Positions 33,821 through 43,665 of a stretch of DNA of 64,000 nt are shown in pieces; positions within the stretch are counted from its first letter, which is position 1; each line of letters begins with the position of its first letter. Made by a program: the position numbers and the translations under genes. Below the pieces are notes generated by a model that was given only the letters and a program-made list of their open reading frames with translations, made no database searches and was not told the DNA's origin. Where the stretch lies: NCBI RefSeq assembly GCF_963555475.1, contig NZ_CAUVVR010000001.1. One strand, given 5' to 3'. This DNA comes from an uncultured Selenomonas sp. Lineage in GTDB: Bacteria; Bacillota; Negativicutes; Selenomonadales; Selenomonadaceae.

Positions 33821-36800
33821 GCGATTATGTCATATCTGCGATCCTGCGTGTCAAGGATGAGTTGTCGGGCAAGACCAAGAAGGCAAAGGACAGTCTCAGC
33901 GGGGTCAAGAGTGCCGCCGAAGGCGCATCTGCAGGGCTTGACCATACCGAGAGCGCAATGAAAAAGGCTGCCATGTCTGCCGTCGCACTTGCCGCGAAGG
34001 CAGATAAGGCGAAGACAGAACTCAGTGGCTTGCGCGGCACTTATGCTCCTACGCTCAGCATCAAGGACAAGGCGACCGAGAAAATCACGGGCATCAAGGG
34101 TATGCTCGGCTCTCTATCGGGCAAAGCCTACACGGCGACGGTCAACGTCCGTCAGCATCTCAGCGGCGCGGCAGGTGTAGCGTCGGGACTCGCTGGAAAA
34201 GCGGGCGGTGCGCTCTCCGGTATGACGGGCGGCATGATGATGAACACGTCCATGCAAATGGCGGGTGCAGCGGGCATCGGCATGGGTATCTACGATACTG
34301 TCAAGACGTACATGGACTTTGAAGCCCAAATGAAGAAGGTGCAGGCGATCTCCGGCGCGTCGGGGGCAGACTTTGACGCACTCACGGCAAAGGCGAAGGA
34401 GATGGGCGCAGCGACGCAGTTCTCCGCGACTGAATCCGCGCAAGCACTTGAATACATGGCGATGGCGGGCTGGAAAACGGATGATATGCTCGGTGGTATC
34501 TCCGGTATCATGGATCTCGCTGCGGCATCGGGTGAAGACCTCGGGCGCGTTTCGGACATCGTGACGGACGCGCTCACCGCGTTTGGGCTGCAGGCGTCAG
34601 ACTCCGCTCATTTCGCCGACGTGCTCGCGCAGGCGTCCTCGAACTCCAACGCCAATGTCAGCATGATGGGCATGACGTTCAAATACGTCGCCCCAATTGC
34701 GGGTGCGCTGAAATACTCCATTGAGGATGTTGGCACAGCGGTCGGCCTCATGGCGAACGCTGGCATCAAAGGCGAGCAGGCAGGTACATCGCTCCGTGCG
34801 ATGATGACGCGCCTCGTTGACCCGCCGAAAGAGGCAGGGTCTGCAATGGATAGGCTCGGTATCACCGTCAAAAATGCTGATGGGACGATGAAGCCCTTCC
34901 GGCAGACAATGAAGGACTTGAGGAGCACGTTTGCAGGATTGACGGACGCTGAGAAGGCAGAAGCTGCGTCAGCGATTGCAGGGCAGGAAGCTATGTCTGG
35001 GTTCCTTGCGATTGTCAACGCCTCGGAAGCGGATTTTGACAAGCTTACCGCCTCGATCGACAACGCCGAGGGCGCTGCCGGCAATATGGCGAAGACCGTC
35101 AACGACAATCTCAAGGGCGACCTCAAGTCCCTCTCCTCCGTGTGGGAGTCCGTGCAGCTCGAATTTATGAGCGGTAAAGGTGCGGATGGCTTGCGGGAGT
35201 TCGTGCAGGGCGTCAAGGATGATGTTGCGAAGTTCAAGGGCTACATCGAGGACGGTTTCGACATCTCGGACATCGGCAGGAGTGCGATGGACGTGCTTGT
35301 GCAGCTCAAGAACAAATTCATTGAGTTGGACGGTGTCGGCTCTCTGCTCGCGGGCGGTGCGCTTGCGGCGGGGCTTTATAAGATCGTCAGCCTCTCGAAA
35401 AAGGCGGTTGACGGCATCAAGGGGCTTGGCGGTGCAGGAAAGCCCGTACCGGGGGGCAATTTCCCGACGGGCGTTGGCGAGATGGTCGTCCATGCGGGTA
35501 CGGTGATTGTCAACGGCAAAGGTGTCGCCGGTGGCGAAGGTGTACCCGGAGCACCGGGAACCCCGACAAAGACGACAGGGAAGACCGGGACTTCTGTGTC
35601 AACCGCCTCCCGTACAATGCTCAAAGGTGCAGCGTTTGGCGGCGGTGTCGCCGCCCTCTTCGCCGCAGGTGATGTATATGAAACGACGCAGCGCAACAAT
35701 CAGCTTTTGAAAGAGGCTGCCTACGGCATTGATTCTGCGACCGAGAATTTGAATGATCTTGTTGCGCGTGGAGCGTCAGAGGATGAGATCAACATCGCAC
35801 AACAGAATCTCGATGAGATGAAAGCCTATCAAGCCGCTGTCGAGAAGGACAACTCTGCACGCATGGCTGAATCCATTGGCGGCGGTGCGGGTTCTGTCAT
35901 CGGCGCGGCGATTGGCACGGCGATTGCGGGACCGCTTGGCATGGCGATTGGCGGTGTGGTCGGCGAAGTCCTCGGCGAGAAAATCGGAAATCATTTCAAT
36001 GATATGGCGAACAGTAAGCCCGAAGACTATGGAGCGGTTGTTGCCGTCGAAACAAAGTACGACGACTATGACAGTGCATTCTTTGAGGAAGAGCCTGAGA
36101 TGCAGGTGCATCTTACTGCGCCGTCTCCCGAGGATATTCAGCAGGTTGTCGCAGATACACAGGCGGGGATCCTTACGCAAAGTCTGACTGACTTGGATGG
36201 TAATGCGGGGCTCGGGTGGAGCTTTCTGACCCAGGGTGCGGAGGAGGCGAGCGCGTCAGTGTCCGCGTCCTTTGCGGAATCGAATGACGCAATCAAAGCC
36301 GAATGGGCTTCGACACCAGGATATTTTGAGAGCTCTGTATACGAGCCGACGATTCTCGGTAGTGAGGAGGCGGGTGTTGAGCTCGCAGCGGGTATCAATG
36401 CGGGTGCACCTGCGGTTAAAAGTGAATGGGGCGGTGTAAGGGCATTTTTCTCTGGACTTTTCTCGTATGTTGCGGAGGGGGCGTCAAGCCTTTTTTCCTC
36501 GGCGCGCGAGATTATCGGTCTCCAATCTGGGGGCTCGGGGGGCGGGCACTTTGCCTCCGGCACAAGTTTTGCTCCTGGCGGTTGGACAGAGGTCAACGAA
36601 AACGGCGGTGAGATCATCGACTTGCCTCAGGGCTCGCGTGTCTATCCGCACGCAACGACGATGAAGATGCTGCGTGACAGCATGGGAGGGAGCGGCAGCT
36701 CGCCTATTCCTGCCGCAGCGCCTGTTACTATCACGGGGAACACCTTCCATGTGCGCGAGGAGGCAGACCTCGACCGCATCGCCTATAAGCTCTATCAGCT

Positions 36801-36846
36801 CATGGCAAAGAGCCACGTCAATATGAATGGGGGAATAATGGCATGA
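33817..36846 (+). CDS. Tail tape measure protein
   Basis: 1009 aa. TP901-type core ATQFSATESAQALEYMAMAGWKTDDMLGGISGIMDLAAASGEDLGRVSDIVTDALTAFGL. Gly/Ala-rich repeats. Confidence 0.92.
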   Translation: MSDYVISAILRVKDELSGKTKKAKDSLSGVKSAAEGASAGLDHTESAMKKAAMSAVALAAKADKAKTELSGLRGTYAPTLSIKDKATEKITGIKGMLGSLSGKAYTATVNVRQHLSGAAGVASGLAGKAGGALSGMTGGMMMNTSMQMAGAAGIGMGIYDTVKTYMDFEAQMKKVQAISGASGADFDALTAKAKEMGAATQFSATESAQALEYMAMAGWKTDDMLGGISGIMDLAAASGEDLGRVSDIVTDALTAFGLQASDSAHFADVLAQASSNSNANVSMMGMTFKYVAPIAGALKYSIEDVGTAVGLMANAGIKGEQAGTSLRAMMTRLVDPPKEAGSAMDRLGITVKNADGTMKPFRQTMKDLRSTFAGLTDAEKAEAASAIAGQEAMSGFLAIVNASEADFDKLTASIDNAEGAAGNMAKTVNDNLKGDLKSLSSVWESVQLEFMSGKGADGLREFVQGVKDDVAKFKGYIEDGFDISDIGRSAMDVLVQLKNKFIELDGVGSLLAGGALAAGLYKIVSLSKKAVDGIKGLGGAGKPVPGGNFPTGVGEMVVHAGTVIVNGKGVAGGEGVPGAPGTPTKTTGKTGTSVSTASRTMLKGAAFGGGVAALFAAGDVYETTQRNNQLLKEAAYGIDSATENLNDLVARGASEDEINIAQQNLDEMKAYQAAVEKDNSARMAESIGGGAGSVIGAAIGTAIAGPLGMAIGGVVGEVLGEKIGNHFNDMANSKPEDYGAVVAVETKYDDYDSAFFEEEPEMQVHLTAPSPEDIQQVVADTQAGILTQSLTDLDGNAGLGWSFLTQGAEEASASVSASFAESNDAIKAEWASTPGYFESSVYEPTILGSEEAGVELAAGINAGAPAVKSEWGGVRAFFSGLFSYVAEGASSLFSSAREIIGLQSGGSGGGHFASGTSFAPGGWTEVNENGGEIIDLPQGSRVYPHATTMKMLRDSMGGSGSSPIPAAAPVTITGNTFHVREEADLDRIAYKLYQLMAKSHVNMNGGIMA

Positions 36847-37550
36847 GCCTCATGAGCCTGTGGAATCAGGTCAACAACATCGGCGGCTTCCTCCTCGGCG
36901 TTGGAGGGGCAAAGCGGCAGGTGATCTTATCTGTAGAGGATGAGAAATTCACGCTGCCCGTTACGCCGCGCGTTTACAAAGTGCAGACGGAGCAGAACAA
37001 CCGCATTGTTGACATCATCGACTTTGGCGAAGCGCAGCTCTTCGGCAATCCAAAGCTCAAGAAGCTGTCTCTTTCCTCGTTTTTCCCGCATCCGAAGCAC
37101 GAATATCCCTTTGTGGTCGGTGACTCTGCAGAGCCGTCGGAGTGCGTTGCGAAGATCGAGAAGTGGAAGGAAGCAAAAAAGCCCGTCCGTATCATTATCA
37201 CGGACAGCCCCGTCAATCTGATGGTCGCAATCAAGTCGTTTGACTACAAGGAGCAGGACGGCTCACGTGACATCTACTTTGAACTCGATCTTGTGGAGTG
37301 GAAAAACCTCAATACTCCGATGGCAAACAACGACAAACAGGTGGACGAAAAGACGGGACTGAAAGATCGTCCCGTGGAGCGTACGCCGCCGCGTCCGAAA
37401 GCCATCGAGCGCGTGCAGGACTTCCTCGATGCGAGCAAAAAGGCGTATGGCGACTATCAGCATTGGCGCGGTATGGCAAACGCGAACGGCATCAAGAACC
37501 TTGCGATGAAGGAGCTGCGCGGCGTACTCGGGAAACTCAAGCTGAAATAG
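36843..37550 (+). CDS. Baseplate-proximal tail protein (XkdP-position)
   Basis: 235 aa after the tape measure gene. Assigned by synteny with PBSX-like tails. Only a degenerate LysM-like C-terminus is visible. Confidence 0.5.
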   Translation: MSLMSLWNQVNNIGGFLLGVGGAKRQVILSVEDEKFTLPVTPRVYKVQTEQNNRIVDIIDFGEAQLFGNPKLKKLSLSSFFPHPKHEYPFVVGDSAEPSECVAKIEKWKEAKKPVRIIITDSPVNLMVAIKSFDYKEQDGSRDIYFELDLVEWKNLNTPMANNDKQVDEKTGLKDRPVERTPPRPKAIERVQDFLDASKKAYGDYQHWRGMANANGIKNLAMKELRGVLGKLKLK

Positions 37551-37558
37551 GAGGGCGT

Positions 37559-38608
37559 ATGAAGGTCAAGATTATGCAGACGGATATTTCTCATCTGCTC
37601 ACATCCTGCACATGGTCAGGATCGCGGCTGAACGTCGCGCGTAAGCTTGAGTTTTCCTTTGTGCAGGACGACCGCGATCCGAATGTCCCCGTGATTGACG
37701 TGGACAACGGCTACACCTGCTATGGCTACGATGACGCGGGAAATCTCGTCTTCGAGGGGAACATCTACGCGCTCGAGCGTGACCGCGCAAAGGCGACGGT
37801 GCGTGTCACGGCATTTGATCATCTCATCGTCCATGCGCGGAGTAAGACCACGCGCAAATTCACGAACATCACCGCCGAGGACATCACGCGGCAGCTCTGC
37901 GCAGAACTCGGCGTCCTCATCGGCGACATTGCAGAGACAGGCGTGCCGGTGTCCTTTATTGCGAATGCCAAGACGGGCTATCAGACGATCATGGGCGCAT
38001 ATACCGAAGCGGCGAAGGTGACGGGCAAGAAGTATCACCCTGTCATGAACGGCGCAAAACTTGACATCGTGGAGAAGGGAACGCTCATCGAGGGCTACAC
38101 CGCAGATTCCGCGCGTAATATGGAAGAGAGTACCTACAAAGAGAGTATCGAACAGCTCGTCGATCAGGTGCTTGTGGTGGACGAAGAGGGCAACCATGCT
38201 GACTACGTAAAGAACGAGGAGCACATCAAGAAATACTCCATGTTTCAGGAAGTCTATAAGACTGACCCGAACAAGGATACGCAGACGGAGGCGAAAGCCC
38301 TACTCACAAAGCCGGAGCGGTCAGGATATATCACGGCACTTGGCGACTACCGCGTAAAGTCGTCCTACTCCATCATCGTGAAGGACAGCCTTTTCAAAGG
38401 GCAGTTCTGGGTCAAGTCCGACATGCACACCTTTGTGGACGGCAAACATGAGATGAAGCTTGAACTCGAGTTTGAAAACGTCATGAATGAAGAAGAGACC
38501 GAGAAGGAGAAGAAAAAGAAAGAACCGGAGGGAGGGAAGAAACGCCGTGGCAGAGGTCATTCCAAGCGCGGAGAACTCCGTGAGCAAGATGCTGGAGATC
38601 CAGCATGA
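37559..38608 (+). CDS. Baseplate hub / late-control-D-like protein (XkdQ-like)
   Basis: ATG 37559 after GGAGGG. MKVKIMQTDISHLLTSCTWSGSRLNVARKLEFSF... as in XkdQ/YqbQ proteins. The K/E/R-rich last ~35 aa overlap the next gene and may not all be genuine. Confidence 0.7.
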   Translation: MKVKIMQTDISHLLTSCTWSGSRLNVARKLEFSFVQDDRDPNVPVIDVDNGYTCYGYDDAGNLVFEGNIYALERDRAKATVRVTAFDHLIVHARSKTTRKFTNITAEDITRQLCAELGVLIGDIAETGVPVSFIANAKTGYQTIMGAYTEAAKVTGKKYHPVMNGAKLDIVEKGTLIEGYTADSARNMEESTYKESIEQLVDQVLVVDEEGNHADYVKNEEHIKKYSMFQEVYKTDPNKDTQTEAKALLTKPERSGYITALGDYRVKSSYSIIVKDSLFKGQFWVKSDMHTFVDGKHEMKLELEFENVMNEEETEKEKKKKEPEGGKKRRGRGHSKRGELREQDAGDPA

Positions 38609-38939
38609 TATCGCAGAGGAGCATACGCCTCTCCTCCCAAGCACGGGCAAGGTGCTGACGCCGCCGCCTGCACTTTCCGTCGAATGGAACGGCATTATAC
38701 TCACGCCCGACAAGCTATATCTAAATGAGTATTGGCTGCCGGGGCATACGCGTCATATTGTCGGCGAGACGAGTTTTCGCGGCGGTGGCGGCGGTCTTGC
38801 CATGTACGAATCGCACAACCATCCCATCGACAACGATGAGACGTGGACAGATACGCTGAAGCCTGGCGATATCGTGAGTGTCTATCCGCAGAAGGGCGGG
38901 CAGCTCTTTATCATCGAGAGTAAGTTGGTGAAATTATGA
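38547..38939 (+). CDS. DUF2577 (XkdR-like) baseplate protein
   Basis: ...GKVLTPPPALSVEWNGIILTPDKLYLNEYW... fits XkdR-type proteins. The start is uncertain: GTG 38547 after GGAGGGAGGG, or ATG 38589. Confidence 0.6.
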   Translation: MAEVIPSAENSVSKMLEIQHDIAEEHTPLLPSTGKVLTPPPALSVEWNGIILTPDKLYLNEYWLPGHTRHIVGETSFRGGGGGLAMYESHNHPIDNDETWTDTLKPGDIVSVYPQKGGQLFIIESKLVKL

Positions 38940-39364
38940 GCAGTGAATTTCCTTTTATCGGGGCGATGCGTGATGCTGCGATGGCTGATCTGCCGCTCTT
39001 TCAGGAATATGCGTGGGACTTCGAGCGTGACCGCTTCCTCTATGATGTGAATGGGCGGCACATTCTTTTGTCGGGGAATCCAGCGCTCGAGGTGTGGATT
39101 TACAAGGCACTCAAGACGGAGCGATTTGAATATCTCGCGTATTCATGGCGGTACGGCATCGAGCTGAAGCCTTTTATTGGCAAGGTCATGGGCGTACAGG
39201 AACGATATTCGGAGTTGCAGCGTGTGATTACAGAGTGTCTGATGGTGAATCCGTACATCCGGAGCATCGACAGTTTTTCCATCACGCAGGAAAACCGTGC
39301 GGAGCTGGTACGGGTGCACATTACTCTGACAACAGTGTACGGGGAGGTGAAGATCAATGTATAG
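38936..39364 (+). CDS. DUF2634 (XkdS-like) baseplate protein
   Basis: LPLFQEYAWDFERDRFLYDVNGRHILLSGNPALEVWIYKALKTERFEYLAYSWRYG is typical of this family. Confidence 0.75.
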   Translation: MSSEFPFIGAMRDAAMADLPLFQEYAWDFERDRFLYDVNGRHILLSGNPALEVWIYKALKTERFEYLAYSWRYGIELKPFIGKVMGVQERYSELQRVITECLMVNPYIRSIDSFSITQENRAELVRVHITLTTVYGEVKINV

Positions 39365-40391
39365 GGCACGGGAGCAAGCAAACATCCTGCGTGATCTGCA
39401 AGAGCGCAGCAAGACACCTGCAAGCAAGATCGAGGGGACGTTTGAGTATGATGTGCTGGCGTCTAACTCGATCGAGTTTGGCAAAGTGGAAGTGGAGCTT
39501 GAAGAGGCGTATCGAGCCGTCTTTGCTGAAAGTAGCTGGGGCGAATATCTCACGATGCGTACTGCTGAGCATGGCGTTCTTCGGAAAACAGCAACCAAGG
39601 CACGCGGTGTTGTGACGGTGACAGGGAACGGGCGTGTGCCTGCGGGCAGCATTTTCCAGTCAGAGACGGGTGCCCGCTATCAGGCACTCAAATCAACTGA
39701 GGTTGTAAAGTCCGCTGCTGTTGAGGTTGAGGCGCTTACCGCAGGGAGTGCGGGCAATGTCGGGAAGCGAGTGATCAACAAGATCCCAATGAATATTCCA
39801 GGCATCTCCGGTGTAAGTAACGAGGAAGAGGTGCGCGGCGGCTACGACGAGGAAAGCGACGACGAACTCAAGATGAGATATCTCCTCTATGTCCGCACGC
39901 CGTCTACGAGCGGAAACAAGCACCACTATTACAACTGGGCAATGAGCGTCCCTGGGGTCGGCGCATGTATGGTTGTCCCGCTCTGGCAGGGTGCAGGGAC
40001 GGTAAAGGTGCTCATTCTGGATGCGCAGCGAAAGACTGCACCGTCAGAACTGATCGAAAAGGTGCGTACCTATATCGAGGAGGTACGTCCGATCGGCGCA
40101 ACCGTGACGGTCACAAGCCCCGCACCGAAAACTGTGCGGATTACGGGCAGCATAGTCGGACACTGTGACACACCCCGATTTATTGCTGACCTGAACGACT
40201 ATTTGATGAAGCGTGAATTAGCTATAAAATCACTTTCTGTTGCACAGGTCGGCGACATTCTGATGAATCAGCAGGGGGTAACAGATTATGAGGATTTGCT
40301 GCTCAATGGGGCGAGTAAAGTGCTCGTAAGCAATGATGAAATTCTAGCCGTCGGAGAGGTGACACTGCATGAACTTCCAGTTTCTCCGTGA
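39357..40391 (+). CDS. Baseplate J-like protein (XkdT-like)
   Basis: 344 aa. ...EGTFEYDVLASNSIEFGKVEVELEEAYRAVFAESSWGEYLTMRTAEHGVLRK.ATKARGVVTVTG... is Baseplate_J architecture. Confidence 0.88.
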   Translation: MYRAREQANILRDLQERSKTPASKIEGTFEYDVLASNSIEFGKVEVELEEAYRAVFAESSWGEYLTMRTAEHGVLRKTATKARGVVTVTGNGRVPAGSIFQSETGARYQALKSTEVVKSAAVEVEALTAGSAGNVGKRVINKIPMNIPGISGVSNEEEVRGGYDEESDDELKMRYLLYVRTPSTSGNKHHYYNWAMSVPGVGACMVVPLWQGAGTVKVLILDAQRKTAPSELIEKVRTYIEEVRPIGATVTVTSPAPKTVRITGSIVGHCDTPRFIADLNDYLMKRELAIKSLSVAQVGDILMNQQGVTDYEDLLLNGASKVLVSNDEILAVGEVTLHELPVSP

Positions 40392-41004
40392 GAATCCGGT
40401 GCACCTTGCACGATACCTTCCGCAATTCCTTCAAGCAGACCCCACATTTCGGGATGCGCTCGAAAACTGCAGCACCGAGCATGAACTGCTTCGGCTTGTG
40501 TTACAGGATATTGCCCGTCAGATTTTTGTAGAGAAGGCGACATGGGGGCTTACCTCGTGGGAGCGCGAACTCGGACTTACCCCTCGTCCTAATGCGAGCT
40601 ATGAGGATCGGCGCAAAAATATCCTGCTGAAGATACAGAGCCGGCAGACCTCGACCGTCGTTTTTATGGAACGGCTGGCATCGTATTTCTTCCCAGATGG
40701 AACAAAGGTAGAGATCGAGGAGCGGAACGAGCAAAATGCGTTTCGTGTGATTTGCGATGCACTCAGCTCGGATTATGCAGGGCTGCTTGAGACAATCGAG
40801 GAGTACAAGCCCGCGCATCTGACCTTTGCCCTTGACTATTTGATGGAGCGCGAGGCGAAGGTGTACGCTGCAGGGTATGTTTCGGAATATGAGATTGTCG
40901 ACATACCTTGCAGCACCGAGGTCTCCTATCAGGTCGATGGACTGCCCTTGTATGTAGGCGGACGCGTGGATGGTTTTGAAATCGTTGATATAAGGAGTAC
41001 ATAG
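40369..41004 (+). CDS. DUF2313 (XkdU/YmfQ-like) tail protein
   Basis: YLPQFLQADPTFRDALENCSTEHELL...ATWGLTSWERELGL is typical of DUF2313. Confidence 0.75.
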   Translation: MNFQFLRENPVHLARYLPQFLQADPTFRDALENCSTEHELLRLVLQDIARQIFVEKATWGLTSWERELGLTPRPNASYEDRRKNILLKIQSRQTSTVVFMERLASYFFPDGTKVEIEERNEQNAFRVICDALSSDYAGLLETIEEYKPAHLTFALDYLMEREAKVYAAGYVSEYEIVDIPCSTEVSYQVDGLPLYVGGRVDGFEIVDIRST

Positions 41005-41005
41005 T

Positions 41006-42529
41006 ATGGCGCATTTTTCAAAAATCCAAACAACTCAGCAGGGGAAAAATATTATCCTCGCGGGTCAAAACAAGCAGAGTGTCGTTTTTACAAAGGTCGA
41101 ACTCGGTGATGGACTTCTGGACGAGGGACAATCTGTTGACGACATGACAGCACTTGTACACAGCGTGATGAGTCTCCCGTTGCAGAACTTTGTGAATAAT
41201 GGCGACGGGACGGCACGGCTGCGCTTTGTCCTTGACAATAACAACCTGTCTAAGGGGTTCTTTAACCGCGAGATCGGGGTGTTCGCCAAGGTCGGAGATG
41301 GAACGGAACAGCTCTTTGCGTATACCAACGCAGGCAATCTTGCAGATTATATTCCAGGCAAGGAAAGCCCAATCTCAAGCAAGATCATCAATCTGCATAT
41401 CATCGTTGGGAATGCGGCGAATCTGACAATCGTTGCCGAAAATAGCGCGTATGTCACAAAATTGGATATGGATGGGCATAAAACACAGGAGGTACTCGAC
41501 CATCCGGATGGGAGTGTGACGACACCGAAACTCCGAGACGAAGCTGTGACGGGGACAAAAATCGCGCAGGCATCCATCGAAAAGAAACACCTCAAAAAAG
41601 GGGGGATTTCGGCGGAGGATGTAGGCGCGTACTCAAAGAGAGAGACGGACGAGAAAATCACCGCCCTTGTGAACTCTGCACCAGGAGCTCTTGACACATT
41701 GCAGGAGCTCGCTGCAGCACTCGGCAATGATGCGAACTTTGCAACGACCGTGACAAACGCTCTCGCGGGTAAACTCGGGAAGAATGAGACCGCCACCCGT
41801 GCTGCTGAATTGGTCGGTTGGTCTCTTGAGCGAAATCGCGCTTACTCCGTCGGGGATGTTGCATATCATAGATCCTTGCCTTCGTGGGCACGGCTTGAGT
41901 GTGTCAAGGCGGGAACGACCGCAGGAAGTATGCCGAATCTCGCAGCAGTAAGCCAATGCGGTGTAGTGCTTACCGACGGTTCCGTTGTGTGGATCGTTGA
42001 TGACCTGCGCGACGGCACACCCGTCGGCGTGGTGCGCGGTAGCTTGTATGTCCCTGCGGGTTACGTCAAAGCCAACGGCGCAACCGTGCAGCGCGCGGAC
42101 TATCCGCGCCTTGTAGCTCTTGCCGATCGGTATAGTCTCTGGACGAGCAATGTGCCACGTGATCCAGGTCTTTTCGGGCGTGCAGATGAGAGTACAACAA
42201 TGATCTTGCCAAATTGGATTGACCGTATGGTGCAACTCTCGGAATGCAACAACGGCACAGAATATGGATGGGCTGTGGCGGCAGGATTACCGAATATTAC
42301 AGGCGCACTCAACAATCCGGGAGGACATTCTCTTTTCGATGTCGTCTTACAGGCTTCTGGAGCGTTATTCGCAAAAGATGCACGCAGGTTAGGCGTACCG
42401 GGAAGCATCACCACAGATAACTGGTCGGATTCTATTGACTTTGATGCTTCGCGGTCTAATCCCATCTATGGGCGTAGCAATACAGTCCAACCCGCCGCGA
42501 TCCAGCTCATACCGATTATCAAATACTAG
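41006..42529 (+). CDS. Tail fibre protein
   Basis: N-terminal DUF3751-like tail-collar fibre domain (KIQTTQQGKNII...VFTKVELGDG...FNREIGVFAK). Fibre motif ALDTLQELAAALGNDANFATTV. C-terminal receptor-binding-type region. Confidence 0.8.
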   Translation: MAHFSKIQTTQQGKNIILAGQNKQSVVFTKVELGDGLLDEGQSVDDMTALVHSVMSLPLQNFVNNGDGTARLRFVLDNNNLSKGFFNREIGVFAKVGDGTEQLFAYTNAGNLADYIPGKESPISSKIINLHIIVGNAANLTIVAENSAYVTKLDMDGHKTQEVLDHPDGSVTTPKLRDEAVTGTKIAQASIEKKHLKKGGISAEDVGAYSKRETDEKITALVNSAPGALDTLQELAAALGNDANFATTVTNALAGKLGKNETATRAAELVGWSLERNRAYSVGDVAYHRSLPSWARLECVKAGTTAGSMPNLAAVSQCGVVLTDGSVVWIVDDLRDGTPVGVVRGSLYVPAGYVKANGATVQRADYPRLVALADRYSLWTSNVPRDPGLFGRADESTTMILPNWIDRMVQLSECNNGTEYGWAVAAGLPNITGALNNPGGHSLFDVVLQASGALFAKDARRLGVPGSITTDNWSDSIDFDASRSNPIYGRSNTVQPAAIQLIPIIKY

Positions 42530-42541
42530 AGGAGGGACAAC

Positions 42542-42928
42542 ATGCAAACAAAAACCGTCTATGCCTACGGTGCCGAGAATGGTGCATACCTCGGTGAGCG
42601 CACCCTTGACGACACCGACAGATCGCCGATCAGCGGCGTATGGCAAATCCCCGGCAACATGACGGAGGTGCAGCCACCTGCCGTAAAAGAGGACTATGAC
42701 CTCTACTATCGTTCAAGCCAGTGGGAACAAGTAGAGCGTCCGAAGCCGGAGCCGCCACCTGACATCCCCACCATACCGGATGAACCCGCAGAGCCCCCAG
42801 TCGACGAGGAACGCCTTGCCGCATTTGAGGCAATGGCAGCGCAGGAAGCCCGCCTCGTCGCACAGGGGGAGCGCATCGCAGCACTGGAAGCTGAACTTTC
42901 TGCACTGAAGGGAGGTGAAGGAAAATGA
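42542..42928 (+). CDS. Putative tail fibre assembly/accessory protein
   Basis: 128 aa directly after the fibre gene. Proline-rich middle and C-terminal coiled coil. Assigned by position only. Confidence 0.4.
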   Translation: MQTKTVYAYGAENGAYLGERTLDDTDRSPISGVWQIPGNMTEVQPPAVKEDYDLYYRSSQWEQVERPKPEPPPDIPTIPDEPAEPPVDEERLAAFEAMAAQEARLVAQGERIAALEAELSALKGGEGK

Positions 42929-43083
42929 AGAAGTGGCCATATATGATTCCCGTCTATGCTTATCTCGTACGTCGCGGAACGTGGGCAATTTCCGAGGAGG
43001 ATAAGAAGGACGATCAGAAGGTCGTCCCCGAGGTCTACCGCGAGGACGTAGCCGCATACCTCGTCAAGCACACAACAGGATGA
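42925..43083 (+). CDS. Small hypothetical protein (52 aa, below ORF-track cutoff; XkdX-position)
   Basis: ATGA overlap with the upstream stop. MKKWPYMIPVYAYLVRRGTWAISEEDKKDDQKVVPEVYREDVAAYLVKHTTG. Lies between the fibre accessory gene and the holin, where PBSX-like phages carry small XkdX-type ORFs. Confidence 0.45.
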   Translation: MKKWPYMIPVYAYLVRRGTWAISEEDKKDDQKVVPEVYREDVAAYLVKHTTG

Positions 43084-43149
43084 ACATGAGCGCAGAACAG
43101 CCGTCATAACGTATGGCGGCTTTTTCTGTGCACGGAAAGGAGATTGCTT

Positions 43150-43665
43150 ATGGATTTTATGCCGGTTATTCAGCGTCTTACGGAGGGATGGGGGGCAAAG
43201 GTGGGACTGTCTGTTGCTCTTACCATCGCCTACGAAGATCATGCACAGATCTTCGCGGCATTTGTTGCACTGGTCTGTCTTGACCTTGTGACAAAGTGGC
43301 TTTCGCTCTCACGCCAGCACCTCGTTGATACGGGGGTAGATCAGCCGTCTCTTTGGCAGGCGTTTCGGAACGTGAAGAGAGCCCGTCGTGCGGGCTACAT
43401 CAAGAGCGACATTATGCGCAAGCGTTTTGTGCCGAAAATCCTCACCTACATCGGCGTCGTCTCGGCGGCGTTGATGCTTGACTTTATTCTGGTGAAGGCA
43501 CACGCACCTGCATTTGCCGCAACGCTCGTGATCGGATATCTCTCACTCACAGAATTTATCTCAATCCTCGAGAACATGCAGCACTCAGGGATTGAGGAAG
43601 CGGGGGCACTTGTTGATATGGCGCGCCGTAAAGGCGGCATTGGAAAAGGAGGGGATGACAAATGA
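43150..43665 (+). CDS. Holin (phage_holin_4 / toxin-secretion holin type)
   Basis: Three hydrophobic segments with conserved LDLVTKW...KKR...EFISILENMQHSG. ATG 43150 lies 7 nt after AAAGGAGA. Confidence 0.8.
   Translation: MDFMPVIQRLTEGWGAKVGLSVALTIAYEDHAQIFAAFVALVCLDLVTKWLSLSRQHLVDTGVDQPSLWQAFRNVKRARRAGYIKSDIMRKRFVPKILTYIGVVSAALMLDFILVKAHAPAFAATLVIGYLSLTEFISILENMQHSGIEEAGALVDMARRKGGIGKGGDDK

Noticed and set aside
38487-38608. Possible programmed frameshift or slippage in the purine-rich XkdQ/XkdR overlap (gaagaagagaccgagaaggagaagaaaaagaaagaacc)
   Set aside because: Both frames are open for ~120 nt, but there is no canonical X_XXY_YYZ heptamer positioned before a stop. A simple overlap with an internal GTG or ATG start, fed by the GGAGGGAGGG RBS, explains it. 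I record it only as start-site uncertainty.
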